From positions 6,108-70,107 of the forward strand of contig DF237432.1 of assembly GCA_000708835.1 (NCBI GenBank): 64,000 nt of DNA, written 5' to 3'. How positions within the stretch are numbered: position 1 is the stretch's first letter; the number at the start of each line of letters is the position of its first letter. Shown here one piece after another: positions 51,701 to 62,556 of this stretch. A program made the position numbers and the translations under genes. The notes below the pieces were generated by a model that was not told the origin of the DNA, ran no database searches, and saw nothing but the letters and a program-made list of their open reading frames with translations. This stretch comes from Klebsormidium nitens (Eukaryota; Plantae; Klebsormidiophyceae).

Positions 51701-54700
51701 AGTGTGCGGAGTTCCCCCCCATCCTGAAAGCCCGTCAGCCGCTTCCGTTCTTTCCCTCGAAACCCCCGGTGTGAAGACGCTCCTCGGGAATCTCCTCAAG
51801 CCCCTCACAGCCATCCAGCGCGCGACAGCTGTCCGCGTGCTCCTGCACCACTTGCATTCATCATTAGTAAATGAGGATAATCTCCAAACCCTTACTTCTG
51901 GTGTGGACACTCTCTTTGGCCTTCTTAGACAAGCCGTATTCACACCCCCCGTCAACCGGGATCTCTCCTTAGCCCAGCCTGAGACGGTGGTTCAAGCTTT
52001 CACCGATCCAGCCCTCGCCGTAGATGCGCTCCAGCACCCCGCGCTCTCCACGCGCTTTCTACGCCAGCATGACGTCACGGGAGCCGCGGAAGTAAACTGC
52101 AGGATTGCGGACCTCGTACGTGATCTGCTCTTGGCGGCGCATCCTGACAGCGTGGCATTTGGCGCGGCGGGGAGCTTTGCAGAATCCGAACCGACTGTTC
52201 ATAAGGAATCGGGAGCGGGGCTCAGTGACGTCAGCAGGGAATCGCTCGAGCGAGCGTGTTCACCGTACGTGGAAAGGGCAGTGGTGCAAGTGGAGAAGCG
52301 GCTGAGGAAAGACGCAAGTGACGAGGTGAGCGGAGCAAGCAAAGTTTTCTGTTGCTTCTGTCAACGTGCATAGTGTGCGACATCTGAAGTCTGGTTTTCT
52401 GGGTCAAAGCTTTTGCTCAAATGTGGGCAAGCGTTTGACTGGCTTGGTTTTCGGTCTTGCGATCTCCTGCAGTCTGATCAAGAGATCATCGCAAATCTAT
52501 CAAAATGCATTCCTTGCGACATCCAAAGTTTGAGGGACGGGGACATCACTCTGAACAGCGAAAACAACGATGGACGTCAGCAAAAGTATCAAGTCTGACG
52601 TCACCACTGCGTGCAGGGCTTGGAGGCCGCCATCAAGCTTGTCCCCTTCGGCGAAACCACCTCCCTGCTCCGCCTGCTAGACCTTCTTTTGCCGCCACTC
52701 GCACAAACACCCCAAATCCTCCAAAATCCCGAGCTGCGACTGCCCCTAGTCCCGCACAGAAGCCGCGCATCGGACGCGCTCAAAACCCCCGCTCTCCGGC
52801 GGCTAACTCTCCAGCTCGCAAGCAAAGTCTTGTCGGAGCCGCCAAGGGCCCTGACGTTAGACGTTTCGGTGACGTCAGCAAAGGGCGCCATTGGCGCGGA
52901 GACTGGCGTCGGGGTGGCGAAGTTCCGGGAAGTGTACCGGAGGGTCGCTGACCCTGCAGTCGCGGACGGGAGACCGGACGGAATGGACGGAACGAGCGGA
53001 ACGGACGGAATGGACGAGTGCCTCCTCGCGGCTCTGCGTAGCACTGAGCGGGCGTTGTTGGAAACGGCTTATAGAACCGTTGGCGTTCCTCTGTCCGGTA
53101 CGGTCCCGTCATCGTCCGGAGACCGTCCAAATGGACCGCTTTCCATTGGCCGTCCGATGGGCTCCGCATCTCAACACCGTCCGATCGATTCGGACGCCCA
53201 CTCGCAAACCGGGGGCCTTCTTCTTCTCAACGACTTGGCGAAGGCGACCCCGACGGCCCTGGTTCGGACGTACGTGGAGCAGCCCTCGGAAACTAGAGCG
53301 GAGATTCTGCGCGTTCTTGTGCGGCACAGTACAGAGCACCGGGCGGAGTTTGGAGCGCAGCTGAGCAGGCTGTTAGGCGACACTTCGGCTGAGAACAAGC
53401 TGCTTCTGGTCGCCCCTGTCGAGGAGTATCTGCGCGAGGCGACGAGCAAAGATTCTGCGGAATCCGGAGAAGAGGAAGGAGCGGCAAGTTTACGGGGGCC
53501 GGAAACGGAACGTTCAGGCGATGCAGTGACCGTTGCGAAGCTCTTCCTGGGTCTGGTGACAGAGTATCTTGTAAACCCTGGGTCAGACCTCACAGAGGAC
53601 GCCTTGAAAGGCGGGTTAAGAGGGAGTTCTGGGTTAGAGGGGCCAGGCACGGCGCTCAACGGCGGCACGAAAAACCGGAGAGGGGCCAAGCGGAAAGCGG
53701 AAGCCGGAACGCTGTCTTCGGAAGGGCTTGAAACGGGCAGAGGAGATGCTGCTGAAGAGAAGGAAAGGACGGCAAAGAAGCGGAAAACGGACGGGCTTGA
53801 AGCACAGGCCGCGAAAGGCCCTGGGAACGGGACACGTGTCCTGGAAAGTGAGGAGTCGGAAGTTGTGGGGACAGCGGAGCCGATCGGGAACGGAGTGGAG
53901 CTGTTCCGCTGCTGTTCCGCTCTGGTTCCGGTCTCGACGAAGGAACGGAGTCGGCTACTACGGAAACTGCTGCCAAAGGGTGGGTGGAGAGTCGAAGGGC
54001 CAGAAGCTCTCACTGCCCCGAGCCGATCGAAAGAGAACGGTTCAGCAAGTTCGGGTGCGGAAGAGCACGACAGTGGGACGCAGTTTAGAATCCGTTCAGT
54101 GCATTGCTTGCAGCAGGCAGCAGCTGTGGCGAGGCTACTGATTCTAAACACGGGCGAGGTAGAAGAAAGAGTAGAAAGCGGACCGAACAAAACGGAGGAA
54201 GCACCCACGTCTTCAGACGTTCAAATCCACTCTAAACACCTGCGCAGATACGCCCAGACCCTGATGACGTCACTGGCCGGTCTGCACCGGTCACAAGGGG
54301 GTTCTGGAGGGGAAACCGAGCGGGTTAAATCGCGGTTAGAGGAAGGGCTACTGGCTTTGCTGGCAGAGGCGGCGGGTAATGTTTCAGGGTTAACGGACAA
54401 GTTTGCGGCAGCGGTCGCGAGCTTCGTGGAGTCTGTGCTGAGGTGGCGGTTTGCGGACGTGGTGAGCTTAACCGTGGCCCGGTTACTGCTGGCCGCGGTC
54501 GGAGAAAGCACGGACAAATCGGCTTTAGAAAGTCGGTTAGCGGAAATTGCAGAGGATGGTGTTACCCCAATGGAGGCGGGACAGACGACAGCGGACGACG
54601 GCGTCGCAAACGGTGTCAAAGGCGGGGGTGTCTCCGGCGACCAGTCAGTATCTGACAGCCAAAAGGTCGCCGAGATGGGGGCCAGGCTCTTCGACCTTCT

Positions 54701-57700
54701 GGTTTCGCATTCGCAGTTCGTTCCGACTCTGCTAGCGAGCCGAGCGGAAAGGGGTTCCCTTAACCAAAACGTCAAACCCCTCCCGGAGGCGCTAGGAAAA
54801 CACTCAGGGGACTTCGTGCCGAGCTCCCTAGCTTCCATTCTTTCGTTGCTAGACACCCCTCCATTGCCGGTGGGCTTTGAAAGGAGCACCCCGCAAATGG
54901 CGGCGGGAAAAGCGGGCGCAAACGCGGAAGGGTTTGCCGATGCTGAAGCGTCAGTGTCGGGAATCATCACGGAGCTGCTGTCACCCCTTCCGTTAGGCAG
55001 TGCCCCGAACGAAGCGGGTCGTTCGTTAGCTAGGAGTCAAAATCCGAGTTCCGAACACGGCACGCGATCGAGCATCAGAACTGCAGCAGCCCCTGTCAAA
55101 AGCGAGCCACTTAACACCGCCCAATCAGAAGTAGTCCAGCTGCTAACGGTTCTTCTAGGCCTCCGGAAAGCGCACGCAAACTCTAGCGGGGGCACCGACG
55201 CTCAACCCGTGGACGATCTTCTATCGCTGCTGCTGGCCGCTTATGGGGCGACGATGAGCGGTCTGGACCGTCGGATCCTGCACCTGATGCGGCAAATCGA
55301 CGGCCAGGAAGGCGCGCGGGGTCTGGTCGGGATGGACTATTTGTGGGGCGAGCGAGCGCTGCGATCGCGCCAGGAGCAGAGACTGTCAGGTTAGGGCCGC
55401 ATTTCGTTCGGCGCAAGGACCCCTCTTCTTGAAGTTCGAAGCGTCTGCTTTTGCTTCGGACTGAGAAGATATCGTACGCGCACGTTGAAAGCTCTCGTGG
55501 GCGGTCTAGAATTTCCAAGTGGATTCTGTTTTCCTTGCTCTGATATAGCGATGCCTGCGCGATCAGCTGGCGCCAATCCGACGGAAAGCCGAGGTGTCTT
55601 TGTTTGGATCCGTTCCGCTGTTCCGGTTTCGGGCTGATCCAGAAGCGACGCCTTTCGCTTGGAGTGGCAAACATTTGATCTTATTGAGCTGCGCATCCTC
55701 TCTGCCTCGATTTCGCCGCAGCTAAGTTCTCGCGAAAATCCGTAACCGAATGCTATCATTGTTTGATGCCAAGCGTTTTGTCCGACACCAGCGCTGAGTC
55801 CCGCTACATTTGCAGACAGGCCCACTATACCCGGTCAAGCCGACTGTGCTCTCCTCTGTTCAAGCCCTCAAGCAACAACCGAGCCACACACTACTAAAGG
55901 TTTCTTTCCAGGAGGTGCGTTTGACACCGGCGCTCGGTCTTGTCAGTATTGGGAAGAGATTTCACTACCCCCCGGCGGTGCGGCCTGGCCGTGCTCTCAC
56001 ATCACATCTATTACCAGTCCAGTCAAGCAAACAAGTTATTAAGTACTTCAGGCAAACCCCTTTGGCTGACCCTAAACAAGAACTTCCTTTCCAGGGGTTG
56101 CGTTCGACACCGGCGTTCAGTCCCGTCAGTTTCCGGAAGAGAGCCCATTAAGCCCCGGCAGTGCGGCCTGGCCGTGCTCTTACATCACATCTTTTACCAG
56201 TCCAGTCAGACGAACAGACTTTCAAGCACTTCAGCTGAACCCCTGTGAATAAAGCATAGTCCAAATTCTGCTTTTCAGGGGTTGCGTTCGACACCGGCGC
56301 TCGGTCCCGCCAGTTTCGGGAAGAGAGCCCACTCGACCCCCGGCGGTGCGGCCTGGCGGTGCTCTACTTTCCGGTCCGCCGGAGCTTGTACCCTGCTCAG
56401 CCGGACGAGGGAACGCGGAACAAGGGTGCGGCGGTCGACCCGGAAGAAGGTGCGGAACTATATCCTCGGGTATCTGAAACCCCAAGAGCTCTTTTTTGTT
56501 AGCAACTTGGGTTAGTGCGCTTCGTTTCGTTGGCTTCCTTGCCATGCCACCGGCGGGGTCAACCGCACAGTCTTCGCCTCTAGAAATAGAAAAAGGTTCG
56601 GCCTGACATTTACTCCTTGATCGATTTACCATCAGAAGTTCCAAAACTTCTCTCAACCATGATAACATTCTTTCTTTCTCAGAGCTACGAAGCGCGGCCT
56701 ACGACCCTTCGTTTCTGCTGCTCTTCGCCGTGCACTTTCCCATGACGGGCAGACTCGACTTTGCGCGATCGTCTTTCACTTCCGAAGCGTACCAGGAACT
56801 TTTGTGCACACCTTGACGAACATCTGCTCCTTTTCAGAGCTTCCAATGCGGTGTACGACCGTTCATTTCTTCTGCTTTCGTTTCTGCTGCCGTACGCCGT
56901 GCACTTTGAGGATTTGCAAACTTCTTCTAGCGCAACCGTCGCTCCACCCAAAGGCACAGGAGACATACCTCGACATAGTTCATTCCTCTGTAGAGCTACA
57001 AACGCGGCCTAAGACTCCGCGTTTCTGCTGCCCTTCGCCGTGCAAAAGGAACTGTGCCTTCTTAAGATGAGCGCCATGGAGGCACGTCTTTTCTGCGCGA
57101 CTTTTTCTGTCCGTTCCAGTGTATATCAGAAGCCTCCTTGAAAGCTGACAAAAACGTACATTCTTTTCTTTTCAGAGCTTCGAAGCGCGGCCTACGACCC
57201 TTCGTTTCTGTTGCCCTTCGCGGTGCACGTCCTCAAGACGAGCGCCATGGAGGCGCGCGATTTCGCGCGGTCCGGCCTGCTGCAACTCGCGCTGGCCTCG
57301 CTCGCGGCGGCGGACGAGGGGATGCGCCGCGCGGGATACAACGTGCTCGCGCTCTACATGGCCAATCTAGAGGTGGGGACTTTTACGATTCGCTGTCCGC
57401 TTGCGTTCCGCTTTGCCGTTTGTTTGCGTTTCGCTTTGCCCTTGCGCTGCAGAAAAGTAGTTTAGAGTCACAGCTTGCAGATTCGAGGTCGGGTGTTCCG
57501 GTTGGTCGCAGGGTGCAGACGATCGAATCGACTACTCCCAGAGTAAACCCAAAGTTTTTGCAGACTGACCTCATGACGTAGCTCAATCTTGCGCTAGCTT
57601 TCCAGCACGCAAGCTCTGAGTTATCATGGAAGATACTGCCTTGATCCGGCTTGCTCTCGGTTCCCCGTAGATGCGAACGTATCCTTGCTTCCAGCATTTG

Positions 57701-60700
57701 CAGGTTTGCAACTGCTTCTCCTAAGTCGCGACAAAAGATCTGCTTCCAACATGCAATTTCCCAACTCCAATCCATCTCTTTTTGCCTTCTTCGCAGGACC
57801 CGGCGACCAGCTTCCGGGAGAAGCAGCAGGTGCGGCTGCTGCTGCATTACGTCAGAAACGCCATCACGGAGCCCCTCCAGCGCATCCCCATGACGTCAGC
57901 GGCGTTCGCGGCGGAGGCGGCCTGCATCCAAATGCACCCTGAGCACGCCTTGTACGGTGCACTCAACAAGTTTCTGCTCAAGCGGCCGGCGCTGGATCTA
58001 GAGGTGAGGCGAAACGCAAGGTCTTCCTTTAGATTTGGTTGTCACACATTGTGATACCTCAAGTTGAGGGAGGAAACGAGTTGGTCTGATTGATGCGCAA
58101 GTCAGGTATGCACCCGAAGCAGGCGCCGTATGGCGCGCTCAATCGGTCTTGCTCGAGCGGCCGGCGTTACATTTGGAGATGAGACGATGTTCTGCATTCT
58201 TCGTCTCAAACTTATTTTTGGGTGGAGTTGGAGGTGAGTTTCAGGTTTAGATTTTTATCTTTCGCCAACCGAGTATGATCCATATGGATGACTCGCGTAT
58301 CTGAAGCACGCGCTGTTCGGGGCGGTCAACAAGTTTCTGCTCAAGCGGCCGGCGCTGGATCTGGAGGTGAAACACAAAGCAGATTCGTCGTCTTGTGCTC
58401 ACCGTCTCAAGGGGGGATTGAAATCTTCTGAAACCACCTGAAGCAGGCGCCGCATGGTGAACCCATGGAAGCCTGCTGAAGCGGTGGTAAACCTTGAGAA
58501 TAGCCAGGGTCGGATCCGTCTTCCGCTCTGATACTCTGCTGGCCGCAGCACTACGTCCGTGCAACGTCCTGCAAGTGCTAAGCCCTCAGAAACGTGTTTG
58601 TGACGCCGTGTTAGTGACGGCACCATGCCTTTAAAGATTTAGGAGGCAGCAACCTTTTGAAAGCTATTGTCAATCCAGTGACATCATTGTTCCGCAGGAC
58701 ATCCCGTTATTTTACAGCCTGTTCAACAGCGGCTCCCCGTCGTACTGCACCAAGCGCGTCTAGATGCAGTGATCCATTAGTCGGCCTGATGACGTCCTTT
58801 ATTCAGACCCCCAAGCAATCAGTGTCAGGTTCTCAAACCTCATCTCACACTTAGCGACGTCACTCTTTCCGCAGGACATCCCGTTGTTCTACAGCCTGTT
58901 CAACAGCGGCTCCCCGTCGTACCGCACCGAGCGCGTCTGGATGCTGCGCCTGCTGGCGGCCGGCCTGGTGACGTCAGCCGACGGGCGCGTATTCCGGCGG
59001 CGCTTCGTGCTGGAGCTGCTCATGAGCTTCGCGGGGAGCGCCATGGCGGACGCGTTCACACGCAGGCTGGTCATGCAGGTAAAGGACCGGTGTGAATGCT
59101 CTCTCCAGCCCCTCCGCTTTTGCGAAGTTCAAATCTTCCTTGGTGGTCACCTCAAAATCAGGGAACCTGGTCATGCAGGTAGGCGAGCGGTGTGAATGCG
59201 ATCGGGTTTCACAAGGCTAAGGAGGCCTCAAGTTCCTTCCTGAGATTTGAGAGTCTCTTTTATTTGAGCAGTGCAGGAGCGCATCCGACCGGAGGCTTTC
59301 ACACATGCAGGTCTTGTGATCCAAAGAAAGGAGCGGTTAGATACGGTTTGTTTGGTATGAGGCCTCAATAGTTCAAGCCTCGCTCTGCGATTCGGAGTCA
59401 AGCAGGTGTCAAGCGTCGTGAATATGCCCGTGTCAGACATCCTTAGATCCTCTGATGCTGGAATTACTCGAGATTCTAGAAAGTTTACCGAACCACATTG
59501 CTGTCCGCTTAACACCTCACGTCGTACCCTAACATTGTAAAGTCTTGGTTTTGTTACGCGACCCTCGCTTTGGATGATCTACCTGCGGACGCCTCCGCCC
59601 ATCTGAAGACGCTTTTGACACCCCAACTCTCAGCTTTCCGTTTTCCGTCATACCGTTTATGCCACGCCCATGGTAACGGAAAAGCACCCATCTCGACTCT
59701 TAACGGAAAAGCACCCATCTCGACTGTCTTCGGATGAGCTCACGGGACACACCTCTGCTTTCGCAGGTCTTCCGTCACGCAGTCCGCATCCACAAGTGCG
59801 CCTCCGACCTAGTTGACCACGCCGGGTTAGTCCCCTGGTTAGCGAACCTCGTGGTCTCGCCGCGCCTCGGCCCCGCTTCCCCCGACACCGCAGACACCGC
59901 AATCATCGCCGGAATGGCGCTCGAGGTTTTGGAGGTTCTGCTCGCGGCCGCGAGCGACGACTGGAGCCGCGATGCCGTGTTCGACGACTTTCGGGCGGCG
60001 ATAACGGTCGTCCACCGGAAGCTGGCGGTAACGGTCGACGACGCCGTGTCGGCGGCCATTCTGGTGCCGTTCCTGCGGCTCGCGGCGGGCCTGGCGGCGT
60101 GGAACGCGCGCAGGAAGAGGAGCGCGGGGCCGGTCTTCTCGACCAGGTGACGTCATGCAACGTCTGCTTCGATAAGCTACTTGGTACCTGCTATAAGTGT
60201 GGACCTGATTGTCCTGGTCCGTTGTAGGTTGTCGGAACTTTGCCAGATTGATTGTGGACTCGGTGTGGGCTTGTAGTGCAAGTAAACCGTCCGGCTGTAT
60301 CGACCGTATGGCCCAAAGTCTTGGGAGTCACACAGAGTTAAAAGTCGTATCTTCCTCGAATCCTAAGTGTCGTCTCGTGCTTCCTCTCTCCTCCGTCCGC
60401 TTTCTACCTTCATCGTCTTCAGTCTCTCTGCTCACAACTCAGAGATGCAGCTCTTGTGAGCCCCTCAGCCTCAGTATATCGCGGAAAGACCCAAGATTTG
60501 GGTACTACTGCGGGTCTCTTCAAACGAAGTTCAATCAACTGAGATCGATCACAGCACTTTCCTTTCACATCTTGACGTAGTTAAGGCTAAAGGAAAGTGA
60601 GATGTACTACCCGTGTCTTGTGCCCGTTCGAGCTGTCACAAGTTGCGGTTGAGCGCTTGCCGAGGACGAACGAGCACTTTCCTGGAACGAGATTTGAGGG

Positions 60701-61118
60701 TAAACTCCCTGCACCGCTCTTGACTCCTTTGGGTTGCTTCAAAACAGCAAGAAGTTGTCCTCACAAGCACGTGAACATGTACGAGTCCTAGAATTGCTCG
60801 TTGGATCTATGCAGCGAGCTCCGGACGCTGCTTTGGTACGTCAGTGCGTCCGGATCCTTGGGCGCCGTCCGATGGGCTCTTCAGCTTCTGCTGCACTCTC
60901 CGAGGCCGTCGATGCAGATTGGAGCTCCTCCTGATTGTTGGCACGTGGCAGACTGGGCTGTTATGGCCGGACGTGCCCTGGACACGAGCTCGTTCACACC
61001 GACAGAGTCTTCAAGGGCGAGCTGGTGTGAAAAGGTTCTGGGTTGGCTGCCAAAGAGCTCCGATCCGCACGGAAGTCCCATTGGAGACCTCCAGCGATTG
61101 ACTGCAATTCTGTCGTAG
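42756..61118 (+). CDS. URB1: Nucleolar pre-ribosomal-associated protein 1 (URB1/Npa1), 18 exons, ~2670 aa
   Basis: Exons 42756-43130, 43741-43902, 44670-44945, 45285-45449, 45967-46141, 46587-46770, 47535-47706, 48585-48878, 49286-49516, 50053-50658, 51180-52325, 52617-55389, 56279-56449, 57176-57372, 57797-58003, 58875-59078, 59767-60146, 60815-61118 (last exon less certain); phases compatible. Npa1-like N-terminus (FDFTL..STRAVFTEFALSF) and NopRA1-like C-terminus (YDPSFLL, DIPLFYSLFNSGSPSYRTERVWMLRLLAAGL). Confidence 0.92.
45850..45970 (+). repeat. Tandem duplication of the URB1 exon 5 acceptor (~60 bp)
   Basis: cacagctcaagattatgcttcc.tacaaaaca....ctctga.ttt.tgcag|gg x2; AG at 45905 and 45966. 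Confidence 0.9.
46745..46966 (+). repeat. Five-copy array of the URB1 exon 6 donor junction
   Basis: gccgcggacgtccga(t/c)cgctg|gtgagc with GT at 46771 (real), 46816 (degenerate), 46863, 46912, 46961. Confidence 0.93.
47665..48140 (+). repeat. Three copies of the URB1 exon 7 donor junction
   Basis: ctaagc.gagcgctc.ag.atcgcagcacttc.....ag|gtaagccgc at ~47668 (real), ~47957, ~48073. Confidence 0.92.
55895..56365 (+). repeat. Three copies (~183-bp period) of the URB1 exon 13 acceptor plus its first ~85 nt
   Basis: tt(c)cag|g.g.tgcgtt.gacaccggcg.tc.gtc...cccggc.gtgcggcctggc.gtgctct; AG ends at 55911, 56094, 56278 (real). Confidence 0.92.
56668..57235 (+). repeat. Four copies of the URB1 exon 14 acceptor junction
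   Basis: (c/t)ag|agct.c.aa.gcg..ctacgacc...cgtttctg.tgc..t.cgc.gtgca at ~56680, ~56838, ~56992, 57175 (real). Confidence 0.9.
57940..58455 (+). repeat. Copies of the URB1 exon 15 3' end and donor
   Basis: cacgc..tgt.cgg.gc..tcaacaagtttctgctcaagcggccggcgctggatct.gag|gtga at 57944 (real) and ~58307, with weaker copies at ~58110 and ~58437. Confidence 0.9.
58678..58950 (+). repeat. Duplicated URB1 exon 16 acceptor junction
   Basis: ttccgcag|gacatcccgtt.tt.tacagcctgttcaacagcggctccccgtcgtac.gcacc.agcgcgtct.gatgc at ~58691 (1-nt deletion, stop) and 58867 (real). Confidence 0.92.
59066..59200 (+). repeat. Duplicated URB1 exon 16 donor junction
   Basis: ctggtcatgcag|gta..g...cggtgtgaatgc at 59067 (real) and ~59167. 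Confidence 0.88.
59675..59728. repeat. 27-bp tandem duplication in URB1 intron 16
   Basis: taacggaaaagcacccatctcgact x2. Confidence 0.88.
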
Positions 61119-62556
61119 TCCGGAGTGAACTGTGGCAGCTTCTTTGGAAAGACTGGCTGTGGTCCTGGTTTCATCCTAGGGAGCAAGGCGGCCTCGGATC
61201 GGCTAGCCCTTAGCCAATTTTTCATGGGGGAGCTGCAGAACCGTCGAGCATTGGCCAAGAAACAAGCGGGTCCTTATAAGAACGCTAGCCATTCGTGCCG
61301 AACTCAACGCGTCAGGTTGCCTGCTCTCAGAATCACACGATGACTGCAATCTTTCGATCTAATTGCCCTCATTTTGTTCAGTCACTTCTGGTCCTCGTGT
61401 ATGCGCTAGATGATCTTTGTCAAGCGCAAGTCACAGGCATGGGGTCCCGTAAGAATCGTGCGCGCGCGCAGGCCGCTCAGTCTGGCAACGTGTCGTAGCG
61501 ACCCCACCGTATGCTCATGCTCAGTTGGTATTCTTCAGTACGTTACGCGATGCGTCTCCGCTCATCTTTTGCCGCCGTAGAGAATCCACTTGGAACCTCA
61601 CGCATGCAACATATAGGCCAGCGCTTCACTGAGCTGTTTTAGCGGTACGCGTGCTGTACGGTACTTACAGCATTGACCGTCATTGTTGGGCCCAAACTTT
61701 GCGAAGTGGTTACTCTTCGAGTCGATTCGGGCCTCGACGTTAAAGTACGTTATAATTTGCCAGCGGAGTGGTGCGCATCAAAAATCATAATCTAACATGG
61801 CACTTGGTATGTATCCACGTGTTCGCCAACTGAAAGCTTGACAGACATGTGATGCGAGACGTTAAGTTCCGCGCCTTGTTGGGCCGGATAGCTGGACGTC
61901 GGCGTACGTCCGAGTCTTACGATTGTAAGCATTCTTTCTGAGACGACTGTCCAAGAAAGAACTTCTCGGATCGCACCAGGCTTTTTCAGTTCGCCGCCAC
62001 ATTATGGCGTTGCGACCTATGGACCTACATCATCGGGTTTCTCTAAGGCAAGTTCGGGCAGTACGCGAGCACAATTTGCATCATGCATCACATGCTCAGT
62101 GATCATATGCATAAAAAGTAGGCTATCATGAGAGTCCAGGTTTGTGTATGATTTGTTTTTATTGGGGTGTGCTTCGCGTAACACACACTCTCGCAAGCTG
62201 GCATGGCACCACTATATCACGTGGTATAACGTGCCAGGCGTCGTTTGCAAATCTCAAAGATGAACAAACCTGATACATTGAGAAAGTACAACAAGCAAAG
62301 CCCATGCGTGGTGCACGGCGCGGGGTGCAGACTCGTTCTATCGTTCTAGCACACGCGCATACTCGATCAACGTTTCCGCATCTGCTCAACGAACTAACCA
62401 AAGTCTGCTCGCTCAAAGCTTGGCATGAGCGGCTCGTTGGCTCATGAACGTTCTCATCTCAGCGCGCCTCTCCAAGTCTACCTTTAACTCAAACTCGGCA
62501 ATCTATTTGATCTCAATTGCAGGGCCAAAAGAATGAAAGTTGCAGCGTTGCCTATT

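Noticed and set aside
60228-60276. Alternative short terminal URB1 exon (LSELCQIDCGLGVGL*)
   Set aside because: It is phase-compatible, but 60815-61118 gives a longer, more protein-like ending; unresolved without cDNA.
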